Assembly (NCBI GenBank): GCA_951406725.2
Contig: OX597839.1
Location: forward strand, 31,930,001 to 31,994,000
Origin: Octopus vulgaris
Taxonomy: Eukaryota
Direction: 5' to 3'
DNA length: 64,000 bases
This document shows positions 1 to 12,605 of the stretch, in pieces. The notes under the pieces were generated by a model that worked only from the letters and a program-made list of their open reading frames with translations, did not search any database and was not told the origin of the DNA. The translations under genes were made by a program, and so were the position numbers. How positions within the stretch are numbered: position 1 is the stretch's first letter; each line of letters begins with the position of its first letter.

Positions 1-54
1 TGTGGAAAAAAAATTATCATTATATTACAAAGTCAATTATGACTTTTTATGTTA

Positions 55-195
55 TATGTTCAAAATCTGCCAAGGCTAACTTTACTTTTCATCCCTCTGG
101 GATCAATAAAATAAAGTACCGGTCAAACATTGGGGTCAATATAACTGACTGTCCCCTCCCCCAAACTTTCAGACCTTATGCCTCTGTAAAACACC
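55..195 (+). mobile_element. SINE family B, partial
   Basis: ttcaaaatctgccaaggctaactttacttttcatcc...aagtacc...ggggtcaatataactgact matches the family B body (compare 63629-63862). Confidence 0.7.
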
Positions 196-244
196 AATAA
201 ATTACTAAATGGTAATTTGCTACAATGACCCAAAAGAAAGGGAG

Positions 245-325
245 GCACAGGCATGGCTGTGTGGTTAAGAAGCTTGCTTAGCAACCACGTGATTTCAGGT
301 TCAGTTTCAGTACACAGCACTTTGA
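245..325 (+). mobile_element. SINE family A, tRNA-like head only
   Basis: gcatggctgtgtggttaagaagcttg...caggttcagtttc: A-box and B-box like head shared with about 20 copies in the window. Confidence 0.7.
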
Positions 326-494
326 GAAGGGTAACCAGTGAATTAAGTGTGTACTGTACTTTTTATGTCAGTCTACAGAGTTCTTTAGAATGGCAAGAAT
401 ACCAGAGTTTTCTATACAGTTCCACCTTTCACAGCAATTTCTATACAAACAAAATAAAATCAATAAGAATCTATTAGATCTAACTCCATATTTG

Positions 495-702
495 TTACTG
501 CTGTTTAACCCCATTTCAATCCTCACTGAGCAGAGATAAGATCAAAGGTGTTACAGCTGTAAATATCTTTTAAGGAAGTTGAGTGGGGCAGGACTACATC
601 ATCTAATGTGTCATTGTCTTATTTAAAAGAGTACAGTGTGATGGGAGGGAAATCTGGCTGCTGTTCTCAACAGGTTCAGTATTCAGGTTGAGGCTTCCTT
701 GC
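495..702 (-). mobile_element. Short interspersed repeat family F ((AAC)n-tailed)
   Basis: Similar to 11120-11325, 18960-19160, 50942-51170 and 53757-53965 (gagcagacctatgatcaaagg...gatttggctgctatttctagcagg); orientation inferred from the AAC tail. Confidence 0.6.
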
Positions 703-859
703 CAGTAGCATAGCTAGAGTGTGTGCTGCCTGGAGCAGCCCTTGTATTTGCACTCCCTACACAGGCTTATACAGCAGACTCAAGGGCTACTCCAATGAAA
801 GTATCCCCCAAGTGGACTGCCTCTAAGCCCCTGCTCCCTAGCTATATTACTGGGCCTTG

Positions 860-1055
860 ATCATCATCATCATCATCATAGTTTAACGTCTGCTTTCCAT
901 GCTGGCATGGGTTGGGTGGTTTGACTGTGGACTGGCAAGCCAAGAGGCTGCACCAGTCTCCAATCTGATCTTGCAGTGTTTCTACAGCTGGATGCCCTTC
1001 CTAATGCCAACCACTCTGAGAGTGTAGCAGGTGCTTTTTACATGCCACCAGCACA
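860..1055 (-). mobile_element. Family C = 3' UTR/tail of an RTE LINE ((GAT)n tail)
   Basis: catcatcat...aacgtctgctttccatgctggcatgggttgg...ggatgcccttcctaatgccaaccac; the same sequence forms the 3' end of the RTE at 29054-30260. Confidence 0.8.
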
Positions 1056-1074
1056 TGTGTATGTATATTTATAC

Positions 1075-1392
1075 AGGAACTCTGTTGGTTACAGTGAGGG
1101 TTCCAGCTGATCTGATAAACAGAACAGCCTGCTCATGAAATTAACATGCAAGAGGCTGAGCACCCCATAGACACGTGTACTCTTAATGTAGTTCTTGGGG
1201 AGATGCAGCATGATACAGAATATGACAAGGTTGACCCTTTAAAATACAGGTACAATTCATTTTTGCCAACTGGACGGACTGGAGCAATATGAAACAAAGT
1301 GTCTTGCTCAAGGACACAATGCACTGCTGAGTATCAAACTCACAACCTTATTGATCATGAGCCAAATGCCCAAACCACCAAGCCACATGCTT
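1075..1392 (-). mobile_element. tRNA-derived SINE family D
   Basis: Minus strand: tgtggcttggtggttt...gagtttgatactc head, ttgtgtccttgagcaagacac core; 3' part shared with 45676-46284 and 38988-39285. Confidence 0.75.
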
Positions 1393-2633
1393 TCACTGTA
1401 TATTTATAAGAAGCAAATATATAAATGGTCATTTGAAAGTTGTTCAGTTCAGAAAAAGTATCAGTGCCTGGTTTTACTTTAGTCAACTTTAAAATAATTA
1501 AAGCTCTCACACAAGAGGAGGCTGTCATGAATAAATCCATCCAGTAGTCAGTCAAACTAATAATTCATACAAATGTCTGAATTTGCAGACCTATCAAACT
1601 TAGAGCAGCATGCAAGAATGAACATAAATAATGAATGAGTAGATAAAAATATGTTTTCTTTAGTTAAAACAAAACTTAACCAGTAACAGAGAAAACCATG
1701 AATAATTAATGCAGTCTTATAAAAGCAGCTTCTGAAGTTAATTGAATATATTTACATCTGTCTTTCGATGTTGGCAAGGGCTCAACTGTATGCTAATTCA
1801 AAACATTTCTATCAATTTTTAAAATAAGTGATTTTTTTTTCTTTCTATTTTTTTTCATTTCCTCATGCCTATATAGGGAGCTGGTTACTTTTAAAATGAC
1901 TAACAAAAAAAAAAAATCAACATCATTTTAACTTTCTCTTTGCCATGCTACACGAGTCAGGCAAAATTTGTCAAAGCAGACTTTCTATAGTCACATGCCC
2001 TTCCTGTTGTCTCTCTCTCTCACACACACACATACATACACATGGGTGGGCATGGGTGGGTTAGAATTTCCATCAGTGTCAACTGTTTGTAATCTTCCAA
2101 GAAAATATATACATATATAAATATATTATGTCAGACTGTTTGTACTAGTAGCATGTAACCCAGTATTATTTGTTGCATGGTTGGGTCATCAGTGACTAAA
2201 CTGATAACTATTACCAAGCTTGTTTGATGAAGAGGGTGACCGTGGATACCCAGCAGGATGAGAAACAAGAGGAAGGTAAATTCAGGTAAGCCAACAGCCA
2301 TTCAATAATGTGTGCACATACACATTAAATATGTGTGTCTATGTATATTTCATGGCATGCTTTTATTTATTCAAAGGAAACATGGAAGAAATAAATAACC
2401 TTCAACTCCACAACCTCAAAGTTGGGGACAGGAAACCAATGAGGACAACTGGCGGAGGTGTCAACATTGTGTCATGATGCAGTGCAAGCATCTGGAATGA
2501 TGTTTTATGGTCAGGAGACACACGGAGTTACATGGTACTGTGAGGCCTGGAGATCCTTCCAGACACTTTGGCAATTTCTGGCATTTTCATACAAGCTCAA
2601 TAGTTTTGACTGTAACTTGCCAGTAGGTATATT

Positions 2634-2857
2634 TATTTCTTTACTACCCACAAGGGGCTAAACACAGAGGAGACAGACAAACGGATTAAGTCGATTACAT
2701 CGACCCCAGTGCGCAACTGGTACTTAATTTATCGACCCCGGAAGGATGAAAGGCAAAGTCGACCTCGGCGGAATTTGAACTCGGAACGTAACGGCAGACG
2801 AAATACGGCAACGCATTTCGCCCGGCGTGCTTAATGTTTCTGCCAGCTCGCCGCCTT
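2634..2857 (-). mobile_element. SINE family B, full length, young, 14-bp TSD
   Basis: CpG-rich; near-identical to 63629-63862; TSD ccagtaggtatatt at 2620-2633 and 2866-2879. Confidence 0.9.
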
Positions 2858-4061
2858 TCAATATACCAGTAGGTATATTGTGTAAGAACAAGGGAACTAA
2901 ACTTTTCAATCAGAGTCATGCCTACACCTTGCAAAATAACAAATATCTCAAAGGGTTGCCTCTATGTTAGTGATTCATAATCTAGGGTCTGAGAACCCTT
3001 GGGGAACAACAAAAGAACTACTGACGGTTTGTGAGGAATAGGTAGAACTCTCAAAAGCCTCGGGACCATGGAAAAATTCATTTAAATAAAAGGGATCTTT
3101 GGAGGGGAAAAGATTGGGACCCCCTCTATAAACAGTCACTCAACCTCCTAGAAATAACAGCTAAATCTTCAATGAATCACACCCTGCCACCTTAAAATGG
3201 AAAGAGCACATTGAAGAATATGGTCCTAGTTGCACTGCTTGGAGTGGTAAGGAATAAGGGTCGATCTGAGGCTCAAGAACTACATCAAAACTTATCCTTT
3301 CCACAATAGTACAGCTTCCCTATAGACCCCCTTCCCTTTCCTATGGGGTACTCTGATTTGAACTTATCGGTAACCAGACAAACCTTGTACAACTCTGCAA
3401 CTCTGTTAAGTGTTGGAGAGGTTTTCAAGGATGAATTACTTTGTCAGAATAATATGTTTTAACAAAGTATTTGAATTTGAAGAACTAAAAAAAAATTGGT
3501 AATCTAAAAAAATGAAGCAACAAATTGCTTCATTTTTCTTTTTAGAGAAAACCTAAAATCAAATGTTTCTATTTTTAAATTTTCAGCCTACTGAACAAAA
3601 ATTCAAACTTTTGCAAACATATAACTTGAAAGAATTACTTTATTTATTATTAATTTTTTAAAATTGTAATCTCCATGCTAGAATGATAGGGATAGTTCTG
3701 CAAATTTAAAAAAAAAAATCACAAAGCCTTTGTTGTAACACAATCATTCAACTGCAAAGTAAATTTAAGTTCAAATAAAGTTACTTTTTTTCTTCTGCAG
3801 CCTTATGAATTTCACTTTTATCAATATTTAAAGGAAAAAAAAAAAAAGGTGGGTAAGGAAAAATATTGTAATATGCCAAAGAATTTGAAATGTCTTAGTA
3901 GAGCTTGGCAAAATGTTTAGTGTGAAACGTGGGGTGGTTGGGTGGGGTGGGCGTGAATAGTGCAATTGATAAAAAGATTGCTTAAAAAATCATCAAGGAG
4001 AGCTGGTCAGTGACTGAGAATAAACAGGTGGACTAAGACAACAAGAGTCAGGCACCTTGAC

Positions 4062-4508
4062 TGTGGCTGTGTGGTAAGAAGCTTACTTCCCAATCACATG
4101 ACTCTGGGTTCAGTCCCACTGCATGGCACTTGGGGCAAATGCCTTCTACTATAGCCCTGGGTTGAGCAAAACCTTGTGAGTGGATCTGTTAGGCAGAAAA
4201 TGGAAGAAGCCCATCATGTGTGTGTGTGTGTCTTTGTATCAGTGTCTGTCTCCCACCACTGTTTGACAACCAGTGTTGGTGTGTGTGTCTTTGTATCAGT
4301 GTCTGTCTCCCACCACTGTTTGACAACCAGTGTTGGTGTGTTTATGTCCCCATAACTTAGTGGTTTGGCAAAAAAGACTGATAGAATAAGTACCTAGCTT
4401 AAAAAAGAAAATAAGTACCGGGATTGATTTATTTGACTAAAACTTCTTGAAGGCAGTGCCCCAGCATGGCCACATTCTAATGACTGAAACAAGAGAGAGA
4501 TAAAAGAT
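4062..4508 (+). mobile_element. SINE family A, full length, with internal 57-bp tandem duplication
   Basis: Head, internal (TG)n and tail ...cagcatggccacattctaatgactgaaacaag; duplicated unit at 4222-4341. Confidence 0.85.
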
Positions 4509-5574
4509 AATCATTTAATCATAATGATATCAAGTAAAGTAAGTGAGGTCTGTGCACATGTGTGTGATGCACTGTTTCTGGAATATTGCTAATATCTTAA
4601 CCAAGAGGATATCTGTGTTTTGTAGAAAAGAAAGGAAAGAAAGAAGAACGTGTTAGCATTTTCTGGCTTTGAAGAAGAAAACAAACCTTTGTTAGTTTGG
4701 TTGTGTAAAGAATATTGAATGTTTGTGAGTTGCCATTGCTTGTTATGACTGTGAGCTGAATGGCTTACAAGACCAGAAGTGATGGAGTGTTGTTTCTTTG
4801 CAGCACGTCATGTATGTGCGATCAGGTTATTTTGATTGGCAGCATTTAAGGAGAACTTCCAAGTCTTGATAAAAGATATTGCAGATGTAAGTGGATGAAT
4901 TAGAAAGAGAGAGAGAGAAAGAGAGAGAAAGAGAGAAATTTGTGTAAGGTGCTACTGTCATAGGAACATGAATGTGGCCAAATATTACAGTGAGTTGACT
5001 ATCAATGTATAAAAAAAAAGGAAATATACAGGAAATATAACCGGACCCTGAGGCACTCAAAGTTGATAGAATAATGATCATGGAAAGAGAAAGAGCTCCA
5101 TCAACAGATGTTATATTGAAACATTTTGTCAGAATACATCTAATTCAGTTGTTTAAGTGGCATGTTTGGCCCACAAGTAGGGAGATTAACCTAAACATTT
5201 TCTCATTTGTTTTTAGCAAAATGGTTTACATTAGTTATTGAAACAATACTTTACTGAGCTGCAAATTAAAAGTAGAACAGGAAATTCTTCCTGGACTCTA
5301 GATATCTGTCCAATAATTTAACCAGCTAAAATATGTGAACCTCTCTGAGGGGCCACTAACTGTAGTAAAATTTATATTAACCATATTACTGTAGAAATCA
5401 GATACATCCACTCCAAATTTCATTACACTTAACTGCAGAAAGCAGTTTTGTGTAAACCACTCGATCTTTTATTGTGGAATGTCATTTTTGGAACTAGTCT
5501 TTGTTAAGATGTATCAAGTTTATTGAGGCATCAGGACTCACAGAAAATGCCAATTCTATTTTTGGTAGATATTT

Positions 5575-5873
5575 AACGTAAAAAGCACCATCCGATCGTG
5601 GCCGTTGCCAGCCTCGCCTGGCCTCCGTGCTGGTGGCACGTAAAAAGCACCATTCGACCATGGCCGTTTGCCAGACTTGTCTGGCACCTGTGCAGATGGC
5701 ATGTAAAAAGCACCCACTACACTCATGGAGTGGTTGGCGTTAGGAAGGGCATCCAGCTGTAGAAACATTGCCAGATCAGACTGGGCCTGGTGCAGCCTTC
5801 TGGCTTCCCAGACCCCAGTTGCACCGTCCAACCCATGCTAGTATGGAAAGCGGACACTAAACGATGATGATGA
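5575..5873 (+). mobile_element. Family C (RTE 3' UTR) with ~60-bp tandem subrepeats
   Basis: Repeated ggcacgtaaaaagcaccatccgatcgtggccgttgccag units, then ...ggaaagcggacactaaacgatgatgatgat. Confidence 0.85.
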
Positions 5874-6599
5874 TTTAACATCATCACTGGAATAACCATG
5901 AAATTTAATTTTGTAATTAAAGGGCTAATGACTAGATTGCCAAGTCACAATCATACTAGCCACCCAAAGAACCAGATCACCTAAAAAACTAAGAAACACC
6001 AATTCCTTTCAAGCCTCTACTTGGACATCCATATCAATCTACTAGAATTAATAGACAAATCGTCCTACAATCACACCCTGGCATCTTTAAAAAAATTGGA
6101 GGACACATTAGTGCAGTCTCAGATACTCTTAAATGTAAACCTATGATCAACATAAAAAGCATTCCAGACCTTTCCAAGAACTAATTACTGGTATTAGAAT
6201 ACCTCTATTCTCTATATGTTTACATCAATTGCAAGAAGTGTTTTCTCAGTTTTATGACAGCAAGAAATTAAACATCTACAAAATACATCAAGCTTGTTCC
6301 AGTTAGTGTTGGCTCATTTTCCTTCTAAAGTTCTTCAATAATCTCATTTAGTATTCACAAAAAAAAAAGAGAGACCTATAGAATATGAATGATTTATCAG
6401 TAAAGTGTGATACCAGTGGGGGATGGTTGGGTGGGGTGCAAGTAGCTGTAATGTATGATCTACATTTTACAATTAGCTGTTATAAAAATATCAATAACAA
6501 ATGTGGATAAGATCAAAGCTACAACAGATAAATGATCTGCTCACACGAGAAAATTAGAAAAAAGAAATAAAACTATGCACTTTTTAGAAGGAACTGCAA

Positions 6600-6737
6600 T
6601 ATGCATACATACATATATATGTATATACATAAATATATATCCATATAAGCATGTATGAATGTGCATACATATACAATGTATGTGTATGTATATGTATGTA
6701 TGTATATATATATATATTGCATTTACCTCTATTTTAC

Positions 6738-6784
<47 letters not shown>
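6600..6784. repeat. (TA)n/(TATG)n low-complexity tract
   Basis: Direct reading. Confidence 0.9.
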
Positions 6785-6787
<3 letters not shown>

Positions 6788-7152
6788 ATTATAAATATGA
6801 TTTCTGTATAATAGAGGCATATGTAATATATAAATACATACACACTCGTGTGCACACATGCATGCATGCATATATATGTTGCCAAGCCTGAGTTACGTAT
6901 ATCTGTGTAACCAGGAAATGAACTCACACTATACTGCCTACCCTTCCTCCCACTACCTCTCCTCACACCATCTCTCATTTTTAGCTGTAAATTTGCTCTT
7001 TTCTAAAATTCGAGGGATAATTTTCCTGTATCATGTATTTATTTTTTCCATATTTCTACAACATCCTCCTTTTTGTTTCTAATTATGTAAAATTATATAA
7101 ACATAGCTTTAGTAACAGCCATTTTGAATTTGAATGATTTTCAAAAGAACCA

Positions 7153-7512
7153 AATAATAATAATAATAACAATAATGATTTCTTTTATTTGCCAAATGGG
7201 GGCACAGACGAGGAAATCATCAGAAGGACAGTCGACAATGTGTGTGGTGGGTTCACATAAAAGATGAGGGGAAAGGAAAAGATAGTGGAATGGGATAAAA
7301 GTAGGAGAACACTGAATGATGAAGTTCTTCTGATACAGCAAAACATTCATCAGTGACCAACCAAAGAACCCCACAGATCTAGGATTGCCCTGACCATCAA
7401 TGGCACAAGCCCCTCACCAATTGGTGTTCTCCGATTTACAGTTGTAAGCTTAGAGTAGGGCCACTCATCCTAACCATTTTTGCCACAGTCATCCACCTTT
7501 TTACAAATTCCT
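7153..7512 (-). mobile_element. 5'-truncated LINE 3' end (Tx1/L1-like C-terminus plus 3' UTR)
   Basis: Minus strand encodes KEFVKRWMTVAKMVRMSGPTLSLQL-stop, then a UTR ending gtgccccatttggcaaataaaagaaatc and (ATT)n; clade assignment is inference. Confidence 0.5.
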
Positions 7513-8085
7513 TAAGATTATAAATATAATTTCTGTAAAATAGAGGTATATGTAATATATAAATACATACACACTCTTGTGCACACATGCATGCATATAT
7601 ATGAGGGACATTGGAATAGAGGTTTCAATTCCTGAGAGCGTAAACCACTGGAACAATGGTGGTGAAAGTGATCTATTTAAAACATTTTTCTTCTAAAATT
7701 TCTAAAAGATACTGGACCCACTCAATCACTCTCATGACCCCAAATCCCTTGACTGCTTACTTTGGTTTATTCAAATTCAGGGATTCAGGCTGAATGGAGT
7801 GAAAGGGGCATTGAGGGAGCAAGGAATAAAGTTATCCAGGCAGAGTTTCTTTTGGTGGTAGTATCTTGCTACAAACAACAACAATAATATATTTAATAAT
7901 TATTTCTAATTTAGGCACAAGACCAGAAATCTTGAGTGGTCAGCTAATTGGATCAAATCCTCCAGTATTAGAATGGTATTTTATTTTATCAACCCTGGAG
8001 AGATGAATGGTAAAGCTTAAAGAGTCAGGACAAATACTGCAAGGCATTTTTTGTTTCAACTTTATCAATTCTGTTACTCCACCAC

Positions 8086-8138
<53 letters not shown>

Positions 8139-8139
8139 T

Positions 8140-8353
8140 AATCCTTTCCACTGGAGGCACAAGGCCTCAGATTTGTTGGGAGGAGACTAGTTGATTACAT
8201 CCACTCCAGTGTTTCACTGGTTCTTAATTTATCGAATCTGAAGGGATGAAAGCCAAAGTCGACCTCGACAGAATTTGAACTCAGAACATAAGGATAGAGA
8301 AAATGCCACAAAGTATTTGCCTGGCATGCTAATGATTCTGGTAGCTCACCACC

Positions 8354-8355
<2 letters not shown>
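8140..8355 (-). mobile_element. SINE family B inserted in an (AAT)n microsatellite
   Basis: Family B body; (AAT)n on both sides (8087-8141, 8355-8421); a second, older B copy lies at about 7900-8085. Confidence 0.85.
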
Positions 8356-8421
<66 letters not shown>

Positions 8422-9496
8422 TTTGCCTATTTATTTTTAATAATAATATTGGTTGGCAATAGCAAAGAACAGAAAGTAGTTCACTCAAGATCAACAGACA
8501 GTAACTAAATATATGTAATTTTAAATAACTGTCATTTAAGAATAGCATTTCTTATCAATTTTCTTTTTGATGCTAATTATAAAATTGATTAAAAATGAAT
8601 GGAAAAATAAACCAAATTCTCTCTCTCTCTTTCTCTCTCTCTCAGAAAATTTCTTTTTTTTTTTCCAATATTTTCTTTGACTTGAATAATTCTAGATTAT
8701 ATTTTAGAGTTACTTTCACTTTTATTTTCGAGTTTCTTTAAATAGGTCAAATTAATATCGTACTAAAGGCATTTAAGAAACTGAAAAGAAACAAGGAAAG
8801 GCAGGTACCATTAAAGGAGAAATTAAGTATTCTTTTAAGCTCAAGAGATTCTTTCAGCAACCAAATTTTTAATAACTATTAATCTATTATAATTTCCTCT
8901 CAACATTTTATTAATAATAATAATAACAATAATAATGCCTACATCTATAAAACAATACTAGAAATATAAATTTTTTTGCCAAGCTCCTCAATAATACTGT
9001 AATATTTGAAAATGGAATAATAAAATTTATCATAAAATTACTTGTAGCATTTAGTGCAAATTGATTTATCTGTCTAAACAATGTATTAATTTATTTCTAC
9101 AAGACACAAACGAATATAATTAAATAAATGATCAATGAAGAATAGTAATGCAATTTTTAGAAATATGACTAGCAGTGGAAATGTCATCAAGTTAAATTAA
9201 CCTGAGATTAAATGATTGATTATAATACAATGGTACAACAGAGAGGAAGAAAGTTGTTTCCAGTTTAAAATAAGAAAAATTGGAAGAATGCATTAAAATA
9301 TTAAATCTGGAAAAAAGAAACCAGTCGGTGGAGCACATATCTCATGCGTGGATGCTCTTCTGGTTTTACTCACTCAACTGCAGCTGGGAAGTATGTTCTA
9401 ACTTTAGACAAGTCAGAACAAATGGAATAAAGTGGCCTTGTCTTGAGATATAATTCAAAGCCAGTATCAAGAGAGTTTCCACCACATGGTCATCCA

Positions 9497-9890
9497 GTCC
9501 TTGCAGTGCCATGGTGGCTAGTGTGCCTCAATGACCCTGAAAGCTATGTTGGCATAGTGCAGGCTCTTGGCAGGGCTTCCCATTTTGGATAGGACAAAGG
9601 ATAAAGGCCAGACTAATATGGACCACCTTTTCCAAGGGGTAAGGACAGGTTTGCATAGGGGTCAATAACCCTAACTAGCAAAAAGCAAAGTTACAAAAGC
9701 ATTGATGACAATTCAAAACCAACAAGAACTGGAAGAGGAAAGCTTTCACCTCAGGGAAACATGTTGTGATGTAACAAAATCTGAAAGGGAGATGCAAAGG
9801 GAAAGCAAGGGGCTAACTGGGAAGAAACAGACAAGTCAGTGGAGAAAAGTTGCCAATGGCCTCTTCTCCACGGGGAGTGAAGGACTTAAG
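9497..9890 (+). mobile_element. Bipartite non-autonomous RTE derivative (RTE-like 5' UTR fused to RTE 3' end)
   Basis: 5' gtggctagtgtgcctcaatgaccctgaaagctatg...ggccagactaa...aataaccctaac resembles RTE 5' UTRs; 3' part translates SQWRKVANGLFS, like the RTE C-terminal WRxxVxGLCS motif. Confidence 0.55.
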
Positions 9891-10049
9891 AAGATCAAGA
9901 GAGTTTGGAATTTACAATATTTTTCACTGCTACTCCTCTTTTATCAAAATTTCTTTGACATGAGGATAAAACAAACATACAAAAAAAAAAAAGAAAAAGT
10001 TAAGAGAAATTTGGCTTTAGTATGTCTACAGGCACAGGTACTATTGAGT

Positions 10050-10435
10050 AGATAAGAAGTTCACTTTGTAATCATGTGGTTTGGGGTTCAGTCCCACTAC
10101 ACAACATTTTAGCCCCAGGTTGGCCAATGTTTGTGAATTTGGTGGACAGGAACTGCATGAAAGCCCATGTGTGTGTGTGAGAGAGAGAGAGAGAGAAGAG
10201 TGTGTAAGTGTATGTGTGTGAGAGAGAGAGAAGAGACAGAGAGAGTGTGTGAATGGACATCTTTGTGTTGTGTTGTTTCACTACTTGACAATTGGTGTTG
10301 TTTTGTATAAGTTCCTGCAACCTAGTGGTTTGGCAATAGGGAACCAATAGAATAAGTACCAAACTAAACACTATTGGAGTCGATCTCATTGACTGAACCC
10401 TCCAAGGTCCAGTGATTGAAACAAGTGAAAGAATA
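10050..10435 (+). mobile_element. SINE family A
   Basis: ggggttcagtcccact head, (TG/AG)n middle, aatagaataagtacc...tgaaacaagt tail. Confidence 0.8.
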
Positions 10436-10679
10436 AATGAATAAGGTTAGTGTAGTTCATGTACTGGTATGTCAGTAATTATTCTCAAAATTTTTTCAAT
10501 GTCCTCTATTACCATTGTGAAAACCTACTCTAAAATAGGTAAGTAAGTTTTACTTCTAAGCATTTATATGTTGGTCTTTCGAACTCAAAGGAATTTGGTT
10601 CAGTAGAATATTTTCTTTCCATATGAATTAATTGGTTAGCAAATAGAAAATATATTTTCAACTCCATGCATTTTGTTTC

Positions 10680-10912
10680 AATTCATTTGATACCAAAATG
10701 GCATGTGACCTGCCTCTTGTTGCTATGATACAACTTTGCAGATTTAAAGTGAAGTAAATTAAACCCTTCCCTCAAAATTGCTAATTTTATGTTCCAAACA
10801 CCAACTGAATAATGACAAAATTATTTCACTAAATTCTTTATTAATTTAAGAACTAATTGAAGCAAAGGCAATGTATTTCAACAGAAATATGGTAACAAAA
10901 AAATGGGGTTAA
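10680..10912. mobile_element. piggyBac-type MITE (TTAA family), degenerate
   Basis: Body shared with 23665-23888, 31703-31900, 37895-38078 and 59060-59205; ends ggggttaa. Confidence 0.55.
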
Positions 10913-11119
10913 AATCATTCTGATTTTGCTCAAAAGTTAATTTCCCTTTGTGAACAGAGAAATTTTATATTTCACTGTCTTTCAACAATCAAAAAAACAT
11001 TAATTTAATGAAAGAGTTAGCTTACATGGTGACTTCTGATTGTCTTTTAATGAAATACAAGTCAAATATACATTCCTGCATCTCTCACTTTTCTATTTTA
11101 CCAAAGATAAATTGTACAC

Positions 11120-11325
11120 CTTGTTGTTACTTCACCCTAGTCTGACCATATTTGAGCAGCCATTCCACTTATAGCCAACCCATCTCTAAGGGTCTATATA
11201 AGATTATATTATCTAGTATGTCCTTCTGCTTAAAATACCACATCCTTTGAGTAAGATTTGGCTGCTATTTCTAACAGATTGACTTATTTCCTCCACTGCC
11301 ACCCACCAAAAGGCTCCTTCATTGA
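11120..11325 (-). mobile_element. Family F repeat
   Basis: ttgttgttac...tgagtaagatttggctgctatttctaacag. Confidence 0.55.
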
Positions 11326-12605
11326 CTTGTCAAAGTATCATTCACAGGTATGATTTGAACTTAGTCTTTCATTATCAGACAGGTACTTTAACTATTCAGC
11401 AATGTTCTCTGTTTTATATCTGAAACACTATCTTGGTTTCCTTTTTGATGTAGAGCTACAAATGCAGCTCACAAAATAAGGCACCGCATATTATTGGGTG
11501 AAAGTGTAAAAAATACAGATGGCATGTTTATTGATGTCACTTGATAAGGAAGATTGAGTGAAAAGTGCTAAGTTGTTTGTTTGTTTTTTTAACGGAGAGA
11601 TAACAATACAAATACTGATATTTGATAAGCTTTCAGAATAGTGTGAAATGAAATTTTATCAAATATTTAACTTCAATGAGTTTTTAAATAAGCAGAAACA
11701 TTTTTTTAAATGCTTATACATGTTTAAATGTTTTCTTTTCTTTTTGAGTTTTTTATACAAAACAGGAACCATGTAGTGATCCAAATTTTAAGTTAACACA
11801 GACATCATCAATTGAAGTACATTTCAGAAACTTGATACGAGAGAATTTTGGTTCCATGGTTCTTCAAATTAAAACTCAACATTTGTAAATAACATTAGTT
11901 TCTTTCCTTACTTCAAAGCTAATCTCACTCAATTAGTCATACCTTCAGCAGTTTTAAGAGGTAGCTTGGATTATTGATTCTTTATTACCTACTTACAATT
12001 ATGGAAAATGAATAAATCAGTTTTTGCTTTCATAAAAAATATATATATTTCTTTTATCAGTAATGATAAAAGCTGAACTTATGTTCAAAGTAGTTGTCTT
12101 ATTTATTGCTAAAAAGCAAAAAAACAAAAAAAATCCTAGTACACAACTAGCAACTGTCTCGCATTAATGCAATAGTATTTGGTATTCTAGTGGAATTGTA
12201 GGAAAATCTAATCTAAAGCAATGCTACGGTTCAAAATATTTAGACTAGTTATACAGTAACTGGCTTTTTGGCAAAAACAACTGGAGTTGCAATGCAAAGA
12301 CTCTAGAGCAGAAATAAAAACAATATCTATTGTGTGCATGTACACACACATGCATGGTTTGAAAATTAGATTAAAACTGAAATTATAAAATAATGTTTTT
12401 AAAATTTGGTCCTATTTGTAGCTGTTAATAAGATTAAATAAACCAAGAGCTTAGTGAAGAAATTTCACAAATTTTCTTAATTGTTTTTGATAATTATTAA
12501 TATCTGCTTCACTAATAATAATAATAATAATATTTAAGTAGCACAATTACTGTTGATATTCAATCTCAAATAATAATAATAATTTTTTCCACAATTATCA
12601 TATAT

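Noticed and set aside
4710-5100. Possible decayed LINE endonuclease fragment
   Set aside because: No convincing catalytic motif could be read in any frame
6541-6978. Long ORFs such as the 145-aa YIYIYI ORF (also 8275, 34404, 36036, 44250, 45017, 49151, 61894)
   Set aside because: Translations of stop-poor microsatellites (TA, CA, AAT); no domain signal
11765-11865. Short inverted matches (gaaccatg / catggttc)
   Set aside because: Too short and discontinuous to support a hairpin RNA or MITE
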